From positions 160,001 to 224,000 of the forward strand of contig CAVYLP010000004.1 of the NCBI GenBank assembly GCA_963769425.1: DNA of 64,000 bases, given 5' to 3'. Shown in pieces: positions 40,411 through 50,673 of this stretch (position 1 is the stretch's first letter; every line of letters starts with the position of its first letter). The DNA is from Candidatus Bathyarchaeota archaeon. Lineage in GTDB: Archaea; Thermoproteota; Bathyarchaeia; TCS64. The notes below the pieces were generated by a model, which searched no databases, was not told where the DNA came from, and saw only the letters and a program-made list of their open reading frames with translations. The translations under genes were made by a program, and so were the position numbers.

Positions 40411-41262
40411 TTGAATAGTGTGCCGGATTATATCAAGTCGATTCTCTTGACCTCTAGGTCCCGGTTTCTCCCTTGGTACAGGGCCACGAAGGCAGCACTC
40501 GGCGATCTCGTGAAAGATCTGAGCGACGTCGACGTTATGGAGTTCGTCTCCGATGACAAGCTCCTCATTATCCCACTCTCCGAGGGCGACAAGGAGAAAC
40601 GGCCACTCCCTATCATCGAAATCGAGGAAGCTGGAGAAACACTGAGCGTATCCCTAGTCTATCGAGATGCTGAGAGCTTGAGGCATCTCCGAAACATACT
40701 TCATCCCAGCCAAGTGGATGCTCAGGGAGCCTTCAACGGTGTCATGAGACTACTACCAGTCTCATTCGAGACTCGGTTGTCGAAGAGGGGCTTTAAGGAG
40801 TCCAGCTTCGCGTTGCAGAAAAAGTATGTGGCGAGTCGTGTGGACGCTGCGATGCTTCAACGTCTCATCGAGGAGGCTGAGGTAATAAGATCCGGTGGGA
40901 GGCGGACAGCGAGTGGAAGGAGTATCTATGAGGCACCAGCGACGCCGGTGTTACAGCTGGTTTACGCCCAGATCAAATTCGATGAGGAGGAGCTTAGGAA
41001 AACGCTATCCGAGATGAAGCAGGTGATTATCCTTCTATCTGCTGTCAAGACCCAGAGAGAGATGATCCACTCGAAGATCGCAAAGCCTGTGGACGATGCG
41101 GCGAGTTATCGTGGATTCATCGAGCTCCTGAACAAAGCGCGATATCTGGGGATGCTCTCAGCGCAGGAGAGGCGTGGACTCGATAAGAAGTGGAGAGAGA
41201 TTCCAGACGAGAGGGGACCATTAGAGGAGGATCTCAGGCGTAGGCTCGGAGAGCCTACTTGA
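40411..41262 (+). CDS. hypothetical protein
   Basis: 283-aa open frame with protein-like composition; no family recognised. Confidence 0.65.
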   Translation: MNSVPDYIKSILLTSRSRFLPWYRATKAALGDLVKDLSDVDVMEFVSDDKLLIIPLSEGDKEKRPLPIIEIEEAGETLSVSLVYRDAESLRHLRNILHPSQVDAQGAFNGVMRLLPVSFETRLSKRGFKESSFALQKKYVASRVDAAMLQRLIEEAEVIRSGGRRTASGRSIYEAPATPVLQLVYAQIKFDEEELRKTLSEMKQVIILLSAVKTQREMIHSKIAKPVDDAASYRGFIELLNKARYLGMLSAQERRGLDKKWREIPDERGPLEEDLRRRLGEPT

Positions 41263-41728
41263 TAGTTTTAGCGAATTCTTTGCCCCAAGTTTTGCACTCG
41301 GCGAGTGTCTCCCTGAGCCTCGTCTTCAGCTCAGTATCGACCTTCACACAGACCTTGGGGTTTACCTTGTAGCCGAGGGCCTCGATGTATCCCTTGAGGC
41401 GGTCCTCCATGACCCAGGCGCCGTCGTATCCGTAGCTCCCGAATACCCCGGCCTTCCTACCTTTCATGTCCATCTTACCTAGCTTCACATAATCAGCGAC
41501 GTGGTCTAGAAAGTCCTTCATCTCGTTGGTTACGTCAGCGTACCTAGTTGGGCTGCCGAATACAACGCCGTCGCTCTCCTCGAGGAGGCTTAGGGGGAAG
41601 GGTTCCCCGATCTTCTTCATAGTAACCTCTGCGCCGGCCTCCTTCGCGCCCTCCAATATGGCGGAGGCCATCTTCTCGGTGTTCCCAGTCTTGCTGTCGT
41701 AGATAATCAGGATCTTCATGTTCTTCAC
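41255..41728 (-). CDS. flavodoxin-domain protein
   Basis: YDSKTGNTEKMA, FGSPT, VFGSYG. Confidence 0.88.
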   Translation of the reverse strand: MKNMKILIIYDSKTGNTEKMASAILEGAKEAGAEVTMKKIGEPFPLSLLEESDGVVFGSPTRYADVTNEMKDFLDHVADYVKLGKMDMKGRKAGVFGSYGYDGAWVMEDRLKGYIEALGYKVNPKVCVKVDTELKTRLRETLAECKTWGKEFAKTIK

Positions 41729-41798
41729 TTTCGCCCAGCTGTTGCTTCAACTCTTCCCAACGGATTATATATAGGTTCCCGGGTGGACGGGGTTAGAT

Positions 41799-42603
41799 AT
41801 GAAGCTCGGCGAGGTCAGGTGCAAGAGCATCCTGGGGACCAGCGGCATCGGCGGGATGGACTACGCCGTTAACCCCTACCTCGGCTGCAGCCACGCCTGT
41901 GTGTACTGCTACGCACGCTTCATGAGGAGGATGGGCCACCCCGGCGAACCATGGGGGAGCTTCGTCGACGCAAAGGTGAACGCCGTCGAGAGGATCCGCG
42001 AGGAGGCGGCAAAGAAACCGCTGGGCAAGGTCCTTCTGAGCAGCGTGACCGACGCCTACCAACCGATAGAGAAAAAGTATCAGCTTACCCGGAATTGTCT
42101 AGAAGTCCTCCTGGATCATGGATTCAGCGTTGACATCCTGACCAAAAGTGACCTTGTACTCAGGGACCTTGATCTCATCGAGCGGACTCGACGACGCAGA
42201 GGTCGGCTTAACCATCACGAGCTTGGATGACTCAGTCAGAAGGGCATTCGAGCCCGGAGCATCCCCGATTCAGGCAAGATTAGAGACGCTGAAGAGGTTT
42301 AGCGATGAAGGCATCAGGACCTATGCCTTCCTTGGACCAATGCTCCCCTATCTAAGCGACGAGCACCTCGAGGAACTACTAAACATTTTAGCAGACCGGG
42401 TGAATCGGCTTATAGTCGATCGGTTGAACATCAAGTGCGGCAACATGCCAGATATCAGAGGGGCGCTTGAGGCTCATTACCCCGACCTTGAACCAATGTT
42501 CGAGGCAGCACTGACCCCCGACTCCAATTACTATAAGGAGCTTGGATCAAAGGTCTCCAAGATGTGCAGGGATAGATCGATCCCGGTGGATATAATCTTC
42601 TGA
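41799..42603 (+). CDS. radical SAM protein (SplB-like), frameshift near 42183
   Basis: NPYLGCSHACVYCYA, TDAYQP.E, LTKS; continues VGLTITS, FEPGAS, PMLP. Confidence 0.85.
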
Positions 42604-42624
42604 GCAAGTTACTTATCCCCACAC

Positions 42625-43662
42625 TTGATTGTTACGGGTATGAGCCTTCGAGACAGGGCTGATGCCTTATTCTCTGCATACACAGGAGCTGTGCCTGGTG
42701 CGTCCTTCGTGATCGTCAAGGAGGGTGAATTACTCCTCAACAAGAGCTACGGGATGGCAGAGCTCGAGTCTAAGATCCCAGTAAACTACTCGTCGAATTT
42801 CCGCTTAGCTTCCGTAACGAAGGCCTTCACTGCTATGTGTGTCCTCAAACTCGTCGACTCGGGGAAGATTAGCCTCGATGACAGGTTGTCCACATTCATC
42901 TCCAGTCTACCCAGGTACGCTCACGATATCACTGTGAGGCAGATGCTTGGCCACACCTCTGGTCTAGTCGATTACGAGGCGGATGTTCCAAATGACTACC
43001 TTGGGCAGGTGCATGAGGATTATGTCATCGAGAAAGTGAAAAGTACCCCTTCCACGTATTTCCCACCTGGTTCAAAGTTCCAGTACAGTGATACCGCCTA
43101 TGTGCTCCTCGCTGTGATCGTCGAGCGCGTATCTGGAGTCCCATTCAGGAGGTTCATGGAGCATGAGATTTTCAATAAAGTAGGGATGTCAGGTTCGAGG
43201 CTCTACGAAGGCGAGAACGTCAAGATCAAGGATAGGGCATACGGCTACACGAAAAGCGGTAGCGGGTTCAAGCCCAACGACCAGAGTAAGACGAGCGCGA
43301 CACTTGGAGATGGCTGCGTTTACTCTTCTACTAACGATCTCGTGAAGTGGGATAAGGCGCTCAAATTGGGTAGACTTGTTAGTGAGGATCTTCTCAGACA
43401 GGCATTCAGCCCTGGAAAGCTGCTAGATGGCACAGCAACGGAGTATGGCTTTGGCTGGTTCATCCTGAACCAGAATGGACAGAAGATATTCCACCACGTC
43501 GGGGAGACCGCAGGTTTCCTGAACAAATTCATACGGATACCCGAGAAGAGGATTGCGCTGATCATCCTCACAAACAGGGACTCTTGGGATCTCTCGCTTC
43601 AGAAGAAACCCACGGAGGCTGAAGACACTATTGGGCTTCTGAAATATTTTGATCTAATTTAA
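42625..43662 (+). CDS. serine hydrolase, beta-lactamase family
   Basis: FRLASVTK (SxxK), HTSGL, QYSD, YGFGW. Confidence 0.9.
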   Translation: MIVTGMSLRDRADALFSAYTGAVPGASFVIVKEGELLLNKSYGMAELESKIPVNYSSNFRLASVTKAFTAMCVLKLVDSGKISLDDRLSTFISSLPRYAHDITVRQMLGHTSGLVDYEADVPNDYLGQVHEDYVIEKVKSTPSTYFPPGSKFQYSDTAYVLLAVIVERVSGVPFRRFMEHEIFNKVGMSGSRLYEGENVKIKDRAYGYTKSGSGFKPNDQSKTSATLGDGCVYSSTNDLVKWDKALKLGRLVSEDLLRQAFSPGKLLDGTATEYGFGWFILNQNGQKIFHHVGETAGFLNKFIRIPEKRIALIILTNRDSWDLSLQKKPTEAEDTIGLLKYFDLI

Positions 43663-43674
43663 AAAAATTCTAAA

Positions 43675-44307
43675 CTAGCGGGTTCTCTCGACGAGCTCTT
43701 CTACCTTCGCCTTAGCACCGCCCATTATGTCCTTGCCGTGGGCGTAGAGGAGGTAATCGAAGTCGTACTTGAGGAGCCTATCCATCTCCTTCGCAGCCTG
43801 CTTAGCGTCAAGGCAGTACTTCTCCGGCGGTGGAATCAGGTTACTATCGACGTCCCCGAAGACTGTGTCACCAGCGATGATCGCCTTCTGCTTTCTGAGG
43901 TAGAAGCTTGAGTTGCCCTCACTGTGGCCGGGGACCCAAATGACCTCGATGCCGCCACAATATGGAATGACCTCACCATCCTCTAAGCCCTCAATTTTAA
44001 CTCCGACTGCTTTCTCAATGAGTGGTGCCTCCAGTTTATGGGCCTTGATGGGTGCGCCGGTGAGCTCCTTGAGTTGGGGGAGGTTCTTTGTGTGATCGCC
44101 GTGTTTGTGGGTGACGAGTATTAGCTTAACATCCCTCCACCCTTTCTTCATCGATTTGAGCTCGGCGCCGATGTTGTCTACGTGCTGTGGGGTCATGCCT
44201 CCATCGACGAGGACGACTCCCTCCTTGCAGTCTAGGACCCAGCACTCCATGCTGTGGTCCTTATTATCTGAGTTGTCTATGCTGTGGACTCCCTTGAGGA
44301 CTTCCAT
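43675..44307 (-). CDS. metallo-beta-lactamase-fold hydrolase
   Basis: THKHGDH, PGHS, AGD, HG. Confidence 0.88.
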   Translation of the reverse strand: MEVLKGVHSIDNSDNKDHSMECWVLDCKEGVVLVDGGMTPQHVDNIGAELKSMKKGWRDVKLILVTHKHGDHTKNLPQLKELTGAPIKAHKLEAPLIEKAVGVKIEGLEDGEVIPYCGGIEVIWVPGHSEGNSSFYLRKQKAIIAGDTVFGDVDSNLIPPPEKYCLDAKQAAKEMDRLLKYDFDYLLYAHGKDIMGGAKAKVEELVERTR

Positions 44308-44350
44308 AGTTGACGTGTTTGAAGGGGTGTACTTAAAATCAAAGCCTGCC

Positions 44351-44941
44351 TCATGGGGCTGGTGTTGTATTAGCCTTTAATGGGGCTGGCGGGATGTATT
44401 TCGCGTAGAGTTTACTGGCTAACTCAGGACTGATGTTGAGCTTCATTACGTCTCCTTTGTGAGGCTCTGTTCCAAAGTAGATGAAGCCCATTTTCTCGTA
44501 GAACTTCCTGAGTTGGCGCCCCTTCTCGTCCTGCTCCTCGGTGTAGAGGGTGACATAACTTTTACCAGCGTTCTGCGCATGGACGACTATGAGTGTTGCG
44601 AGAGTGTGGCCGATACCCTTTCTCTCGACCATTGAGGCCAGGGTATCGAGGAAAAAACCGTTCTCGGGCTCGTCATAGCCGTACACTATGCCAAGCGGCT
44701 GACCGCCACACTCGGCGAGGATGAGGAGGAAGCCTGGGATAGAGCTGTGGTCGAGGACTTCCTCGTGTCTGTATCTTAGTTCCTCTCTGAATTTCTGGGC
44801 ATCCACTTGGAGGATTGCGTGGACGAGGGAGTCGTTCAACCTATGATGGATCTGAATCGTACAATCTTTGCCTACTATCTGGCTAAGTCTAGCCTTCGTG
44901 GCGGCAACGGCCTCGGCGAGCGTCGGAACGCTGGCGCTCAT
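44351..44941 (-). CDS. GNAT N-acetyltransferase
   Basis: RKGIG, FYEKMGF; start uncertain. Confidence 0.75.
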   Translation of the reverse strand: MSASVPTLAEAVAATKARLSQIVGKDCTIQIHHRLNDSLVHAILQVDAQKFREELRYRHEEVLDHSSIPGFLLILAECGGQPLGIVYGYDEPENGFFLDTLASMVERKGIGHTLATLIVVHAQNAGKSYVTLYTEEQDEKGRQLRKFYEKMGFIYFGTEPHKGDVMKLNISPELASKLYAKYIPPAPLKANTTPAP

Positions 44942-45236
44942 CGTTGATTGACTGTGTATCGGTCTCCTCCATATCCTTTGTCGATGTTTTTTCGACCGGG
45001 GTCCCATTGGGGCGATGTATTCCTTTCAAAATTACGCGATTTTAAGCCCCCGTTTCGTGTATCTCCGCTTAAAACGTGTCAATTTCATTTTAGTTGAGGT
45101 GCGTTTTTACCTCCTCGATGACACCTCAGTCGAAAAAATCGACTCTCATCTGAAGCATATTTTTACCCTATTTGGTAAACCAAGCCTATTTTTAGGTTGT
45201 TTCCTAGGATTTTTTGGGGTATTGCTGTGAGGGGTT

Positions 45237-45848
45237 TCATTGCCTTCTAAGAGGCTCCCTCCACATACACCATAAGCTGGGACCGTCCAAGAGGCGGACC
45301 TCTTCGGTGATCTTGAATCCATTACGCTGGTAGAGTGGGTTGTTTCTGGGATTGCTGCTCTCCAAGTAAGCGGGGATACCCTGTTCGTCCAGGCGACTGA
45401 GAGTGTAATGTAAGAGGGCTGAAGCATAGCCCTGCCCCTGCTTGCTCGGATCGACACCTATAACGTCAAGGTACTGGTGGGGGACACGTGGTCTGTGATC
45501 ATCGCAGGCTTTGATGAACGCCATCATCCTGCGGACCCGTCCTAGACCAGAGTAGCCAATCAAATGAGGAAGTGTGAGAATGGGGTCGATAGGGCTGTGG
45601 AATTCGTTCAATGCTTCGGGTGGTGCCCATATGGCACAGGCGTTGAGGTCGGTGGTCGTTGTCTCCTCCCCGTAGCGAAGGGTTCCCTGAATTCCTCTGC
45701 GGAACATTGTGCGAAGGGCGTTCATCCTACCTGCGTCTGTGCGCATTGCCCAGTCGATTACGGGGTCAGTGCTAAATGCTTGGGTTAGGACTTCGGAGAG
45801 GCGCGGGATGTCCTCTTTCCTGAGCTCCCTTACCTCTATGCCCGACAC
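45237..45848 (-). CDS. GNAT N-acetyltransferase
   Basis: YLDVIGVDPSKQGQGYA, AYLESSNPRN..LYQRNGF. Confidence 0.88.
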   Translation of the reverse strand: MSGIEVRELRKEDIPRLSEVLTQAFSTDPVIDWAMRTDAGRMNALRTMFRRGIQGTLRYGEETTTTDLNACAIWAPPEALNEFHSPIDPILTLPHLIGYSGLGRVRRMMAFIKACDDHRPRVPHQYLDVIGVDPSKQGQGYASALLHYTLSRLDEQGIPAYLESSNPRNNPLYQRNGFKITEEVRLLDGPSLWCMWREPLRRQ

Positions 45849-45925
45849 GGGGGATTAGGAGTTGATTCCAGAGATAACCCTTTCATATGGAAAGTTAGAA
45901 AGGGCGGGCTTCCCGTCGAGAGCCT

Positions 45926-46276
45926 ATGCCTTTTGAGCGTCGCGGCGAGAAGCTGCTGCCGAGGAAGGCTTTCGTCTCGAGGGTGGTGAAGTATACCCTT
46001 CTATCCCTCGCTCTAGTCGTAGCCTCGCTCTTAGTCGGAATCCTCGGCTACACACAGCTTGGTGGTCTTTCACTCGTGGATGCTTTTCTCAACTCGGCTA
46101 TGATTATGGGTGGCATGGGCCCGGTCAATGTGCTCAGTAACGACTCGGCTAAACTGTTCGCAGGTTTCTACGCCCTCTGGTGCGGGTTCGTCGAGCTAGT
46201 CGCAGTCGGGATATTCGCTGCCCCTATCGTCCACCGCCTCCTCCACAGGTTCCATCTTGAAGGTGGTCGGGACTAA
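45926..46276 (+). CDS. small two-TM ion-channel-like membrane protein
   Basis: DAFLNSAMIMGGMGP pore-like segment, PIVHRLLHRFH. Confidence 0.75.
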   Translation: MPFERRGEKLLPRKAFVSRVVKYTLLSLALVVASLLVGILGYTQLGGLSLVDAFLNSAMIMGGMGPVNVLSNDSAKLFAGFYALWCGFVELVAVGIFAAPIVHRLLHRFHLEGGRD

Positions 46277-46397
46277 TCATCCTTCAGCGGGGCCCTTTCG
46301 AGCATGGGCCAGATCACATATTAAATGGCAGAATAAGAAATACACTTCAATCTTGAATAGTATGTTAAACGCATCAACTTTCAGAAAATATCTTTTT

Positions 46398-46536
46398 ATA
46401 GAATGTGTATTCGAAGTTTAAGAGGATCAGGAACGGGGAGCACTAGACCCTTGAGACGCTTATCAATGAAGAGGCATTGTTATTCGCCAAGTATCTTAGA
46501 GGAGAGATTAAAGTATGGATTCCTAGAATAGTTTAA
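46398..46536 (+). pseudogene. cas1: 3'-terminal relic of a second cas1
   Basis: KRIRNGEH*TLETLINEEALLFAKYLRGEIKVWIPRIV matches the C-terminus at 52240-52350; internal TAG. Confidence 0.85.
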
Positions 46537-46569
46537 ACCCTTAACGAAAGTCGGTTTAACGCGAACAGA

Positions 46570-47349
46570 CTAGTCCATTAGCGCACCCGCGTCTACGTTT
46601 ATGTCCTGTCCGGTAATGTTAATTGAATCCTCCGAGGCGAGGAAAACAGCCAACTTCGCAACGTCATCCGCCGAAATCAAGCAATTAAGAGAGGACTGTG
46701 ACAAAAACCTCTGCTTGACAACATCTCTCGGGACACCTTCCTTCGCAGCAACCTGATCACAAACCATCTCGATCCTCGGCCCAGCCACAGGACCCGGACA
46801 AATAGCGTTTGCTGTTATCCCGAACTTACCCAACTCAACAGCAAGCCCTCTGGTGAAGCCAATCAACCCCATCTTTGTCGCAGGGTAAGGGGATCTGTTC
46901 GCCAGCGGCTTTTTGGCAGCCGTAGAGGAAATGTTGACGATCTTCCCATATCTATGTTCAATCATTGTCGGCACAATGGCTCTGCAGCAGAGAAATGCTC
47001 CTCTAAGATTCACAGCGAAGATTTCATCCCACTGTTCGGGTGTAACCTCGTAGATTGGCACAGTTGGTCCTGCGATGCCGGAGTTGTTCACTAGAATGTC
47101 TATTTTACCGAACTCATTGATAGTATCCTTAGCTGCATGGTTAACCTGTTCGACGCTCGTTATGTCCATGGTATTAACCAGAGCCTTCCGATCAAGTGCC
47201 CTGATTTCTCGTGCTACGTCTTCCATCTGATTGGTTGACTTCGCTGCTAGAGAAACATGTGCGCCTTCGTGCGCAAACATCAGGGAGATTGCTTTACCTA
47301 TCCCGACGCCTCCACCTGTGATGAATGCGACTCTATTTTCAAGTTTCAA
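46570..47349 (-). CDS. short-chain dehydrogenase/reductase
   Basis: ITGGGVGIG, DILVNNSG, YPATK, NAICPG, ITGQ. Confidence 0.92.
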   Translation of the reverse strand: MKLENRVAFITGGGVGIGKAISLMFAHEGAHVSLAAKSTNQMEDVAREIRALDRKALVNTMDITSVEQVNHAAKDTINEFGKIDILVNNSGIAGPTVPIYEVTPEQWDEIFAVNLRGAFLCCRAIVPTMIEHRYGKIVNISSTAAKKPLANRSPYPATKMGLIGFTRGLAVELGKFGITANAICPGPVAGPRIEMVCDQVAAKEGVPRDVVKQRFLSQSSLNCLISADDVAKLAVFLASEDSINITGQDINVDAGALMD

Positions 47350-47399
47350 ATAAAACGCCTCATTCTTTGATCGATATCAATAGCGCTTGTAATAAAACT

Positions 47400-47436
47400 G
47401 ATGAGAGGGTTTGGGTTTGGGGGATAAGACTTTATC
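47400..47436. repeat. boundary motif R1
   Basis: GATGAGAGGGTTTGGGTTTGGGGGATA-AGACTT-TATC. Confidence 0.85.
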
Positions 47437-48479
47437 TATCATTAAAAAATAGTGATCTCGGTATAAGTGCATATTATAGAGAAAACCCTATTAAATCTAA
47501 TCCAAATAAATTTGCTAGACATTTAATAAAAGAAAAGGTCGATAAAATATTAGAGTATAAACTATTACAAATAGATAATAATTACTTAATGATTGAATTT
47601 ATAATATCATTTGTCGATCATTTTAATGAACAATTAGGGATAATAGTATCTGATAACTATTCTTTAGATGAAATTGAGAAAGGATTTTTTAGATATTTAC
47701 CAATATGGCTAGATGAAGCCATTAAATTTATGCTTAGAACAAAAAGAAATGGGGTTACTTCAATTGAACGGTTATTATATAAAAAACCTTATTTTAATCC
47801 AGATATGCTCAAATCCCAAATTATGAAAGATGAAAGGGAAGAAATACGTAAGAAGGTTGTTGATAGGTTAAATAAAGATGAAAGTATTTCCCTATCCATT
47901 GGAAATGAAAAATATCCAATGAAATTGTTCCATGATTTTTTTATAAGATTAAAATTAATGGGTATTAAAGACATACATAGAATATACCGAAAAAAAGATT
48001 ATAATAGACTCAGTAACGGAGGATTAATATGGAATCTTTTATCAGAAGAGGCTTTAAGCTATAATTTAAATATTTTTTTTAATAACTTTTTTAAGATTTA
48101 TTCAGAAATTATACAACTAAATTTTCCTAAAATATCAAATAAGATTAATAAGTATAAAAATTTGTCAGGGATTTTATTAATTTATAAATCTTTAGATCAC
48201 TATGAAGATGGAAAAGAAGTACCGAGTATACGATATTACTATTTACATAATAAAGAAAATTTCAACTTTAACATATTTATCTATAAAGAAAACGAAATAA
48301 AAGAGTTAAAAAACAACACTCCTGAAGCAATAATTAATATAAACAAGGTAGAATATCAAGCCGTATTAACCGGATCTCAAATATTAGATTTTATTTATGA
48401 TGATTTACCAATGTTCACGTATCTATACGAAGATATCAAAGGAGATTTGAACGAATATTTTGAAAATAATGAAGACTAA
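47437..48479 (+). pseudogene. AT-rich hypothetical gene, apparently 5'-truncated at R1
   Basis: frame is open from the motif onward; the ORF-track N-terminus is read-through of the repeat. Confidence 0.6.
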
Positions 48480-48603
48480 TTATAGAATTTTTGAGAATAT
48501 TTTCCGTTTTTATCTATTCGCTTATACTTTCTTTATCACGTTTTCACATATTATGTGTATTATCGAACAATATTAAAAAAACCAATATTAACATAAATAA
48601 CCT

Positions 48604-49287
48604 TTAAAGGTGGTTAACATTTAATTTAATTAATAAATTAATACTTCCTTCAGGCATTTTTTCTTGAGGCATTTCAATCATATCTTTTGATGTAGGACAT
48701 GAAGGTTGTAATAATTTAAATTGATCAAGAATTGTGTCCCAATGAGCTAATTTAATATTTTCACTTTTATATAGTAATTTTCTTGTGTCAAACATTTTAT
48801 CAAATAATGATTCGTGTCTTTGATGTGGTATTTCGGATTTCCTTTCTATTTTGGTATTACTACTACCTATAATTATTCCACCGATTTTCACATTTTTTGG
48901 ATCTTGTATTTTAAAATCATTTAAAAACTGTTGATTATTTTTTTGATCTAAATAATAATGTAGTAATTGATTTTCTGCTTTTACTAAATCGTCGCTTGGT
49001 TTTAGCCTGTTTTCATTATCTTTTTTAAAAATAAAACATTGTGGAGCTTTAGCTTCCCAAATAAATGCTTCATTATACTGTGTTCCTAAATCATCTTCGG
49101 TTATACCGGATATGATAATATCTGAGTCCCCTGAATTTCCTCGGTATTCTATATCTATTTTAATTTTATTGATCAATTTATCTCTAAATAAATAATTTTC
49201 TAATTTTATTAAATATTTTTTACATTGCTCTTCCTTATTTGAATCGCTTTCAATTAATTTTTTTAATTCGTCGTAATCAGATGTCAT
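48604..49287 (-). CDS. PD-(D/E)XK nuclease, Shedu/DUF4263-like
   Basis: E..C..YL, SDII, WEAKAP, DLVKAENQLLHY, IIIG. Confidence 0.6.
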   Translation of the reverse strand: MTSDYDELKKLIESDSNKEEQCKKYLIKLENYLFRDKLINKIKIDIEYRGNSGDSDIIISGITEDDLGTQYNEAFIWEAKAPQCFIFKKDNENRLKPSDDLVKAENQLLHYYLDQKNNQQFLNDFKIQDPKNVKIGGIIIGSSNTKIERKSEIPHQRHESLFDKMFDTRKLLYKSENIKLAHWDTILDQFKLLQPSCPTSKDMIEMPQEKMPEGSINLLIKLNVNHL

Positions 49288-49612
49288 AATTTAACACCTT
49301 GTTTCATTTTTAAAAAATATGAAATTAAATCTTCTAGATAATCAAGATAATTTTCTTTATTAATTATTTCTCCAAACGATATTAAAATACATAGTTTTAG
49401 AGAATAACTTAAAATTCCGATATCTTTTACATTAATAGATTGTTTATGATTATCTATTATTATTGTACTATCTTTTCCCAGCGTTATACTAAATCCGTTA
49501 ACACTACAATATGAAATAAAAAAATTTCTACTATTATTCACTACCCATGCAGATTTTGTTTCATCTATTTCTGTTTTGAATAAACCAAGAAACGGAAAAA
49601 TATTTTTATCAA
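49284..49612 (-). pseudogene. AT-rich gene fragment, 5'-truncated
   Basis: frame stays open upstream of the called start (VDKNIFPFLGLFKTE..) up to the GC shift. Confidence 0.5.
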
Positions 49613-49753
49613 CTAATCCTCAAGCTTGAACCAGTAACAGGTTCTCCTTGCCCAGTACTTCACAAGCATCAACGGGACTCCATCGAAGTCAAGCTTCACC
49701 GTTGACTTGTCAGAGATTCCGAGGATAAAATTAGGATTCGACTCGCTTGTCAA
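49613..49753 (-). pseudogene. N-terminal fragment of a putative primase-like (DxD) protein
   Basis: manual translation MTSESNPNFILGISDKSTVKLDFDGVPLMLVKYWARRTCYWFKLED*, overlapping the upstream ORF, ends at the GC shift. Confidence 0.45.
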
Positions 49754-50078
49754 CCCAATAACCCCCAGTCGAATATCTATCAGGATTAATCAGAAAATCA
49801 CCACAGGACACTGAAACAAAACGACCCCTAGGGGGATGATTCACAGCATACGCGATACACTGATACAAGTCCCTCCCTGACCCATTGTAGAACTCGTACC
49901 TTCGCGATGCACTACCCTCCCTAGTCACGCTGTAGCCATACATGGCGACACTCTTACCGACAAACGACCTTGAAACCGTGACTTCGACGTACCTCACCCA
50001 GTGTGTGAACCTGCCCCTAGAGTCGCGGGTAACGGTGAACCTCCCTCTATTGCCCCAAGTCTCATTCCGCGTCGGCAT
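49731..50078 (-). CDS. hypothetical protein of the cas1-linked module
   Basis: 115 aa, RDSRGRF motif, overlaps neighbours and has a GGAGGAG SD-like site. Confidence 0.7.
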   Translation of the reverse strand: MPTRNETWGNRGRFTVTRDSRGRFTHWVRYVEVTVSRSFVGKSVAMYGYSVTREGSASRRYEFYNGSGRDLYQCIAYAVNHPPRGRFVSVSCGDFLINPDRYSTGGYWVDKRVES

Positions 50079-50493
50079 TGGTGGGCTCCTCCTTCGGGAT
50101 TCCTAGGAAAATTAGGTTGCCGTTATCGAGTTTCACAATGTCCCATGCTAGGCATGATTTCAGGTAGTCCTCAAGGTAGCGGGTATCTACCCCGATGTAG
50201 CTCCTGAGGCGTGGCTTGATGAAATCATTCCAGTTTCTGCCCGAGTTTTCACTTATGAATAAGATGAATCTTTCCCAGTGTGTGTAGGCGATTTGCTTCG
50301 AGAGGTTCTGTTTCTCGATCCCAATGTGCTTTAGAACCGCCTCAATTTTTTGATTTTCTGAATGCACGAGGTTGAGTTTGGGTTTGATTTGAAAGTCATT
50401 AATTTCAACCCATCTTCTGTGGCATTCTGGACTGCAGAACTTGTGAGGCTCCGGGATCTCCTTCCCGCATTCGGGGTTTCCGCATGTGGGCAT
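50062..50493 (-). CDS. Zn-ribbon protein with possible C-terminal winged helix
   Basis: CGNPEC..FCSPEC; start coupled to upstream stop (TAATG). Confidence 0.72.
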   Translation of the reverse strand: MPTCGNPECGKEIPEPHKFCSPECHRRWVEINDFQIKPKLNLVHSENQKIEAVLKHIGIEKQNLSKQIAYTHWERFILFISENSGRNWNDFIKPRLRSYIGVDTRYLEDYLKSCLAWDIVKLDNGNLIFLGIPKEEPTNADAE

Positions 50494-50633
50494 TAACTCA
50501 CCTCCTTCGGGTCGTTATACTTCGTTTTCATCGTCCGACGTACATCGAGGCGATAGTGCAGATAGAAGCAGTACTTCTGCCCCTCGTGGTTGGATACGAA
50601 CTCTTTCCCACAAAACTCACATTTCTTCAACAT
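50493..50633 (-). CDS. 46-aa zinc-finger microprotein (not in ORF track)
   Basis: MLKKCEFCGKEFVSNHEGQKYCFYLH..; stop overlaps next ATG, GGAGGTGA SD within its 3' end. Confidence 0.62.
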   Translation of the reverse strand: MLKKCEFCGKEFVSNHEGQKYCFYLHYRLDVRRTMKTKYNDPKEVS

Positions 50634-50673
50634 TTAGACCGGATTATGTCTCACTCGCAAAGTATTTAATTAT

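Noticed and set aside
45093-45131. Hairpin TGAGGTG..CACCTCA between two GNAT genes
   Set aside because: A single short stem with no second copy; insufficient support.
47325-47436. N-terminus of the 384-aa ORF (ERVWVWGIRLY)
   Set aside because: It overlaps the SDR start and translates motif R1, so it is read-through rather than real coding sequence.
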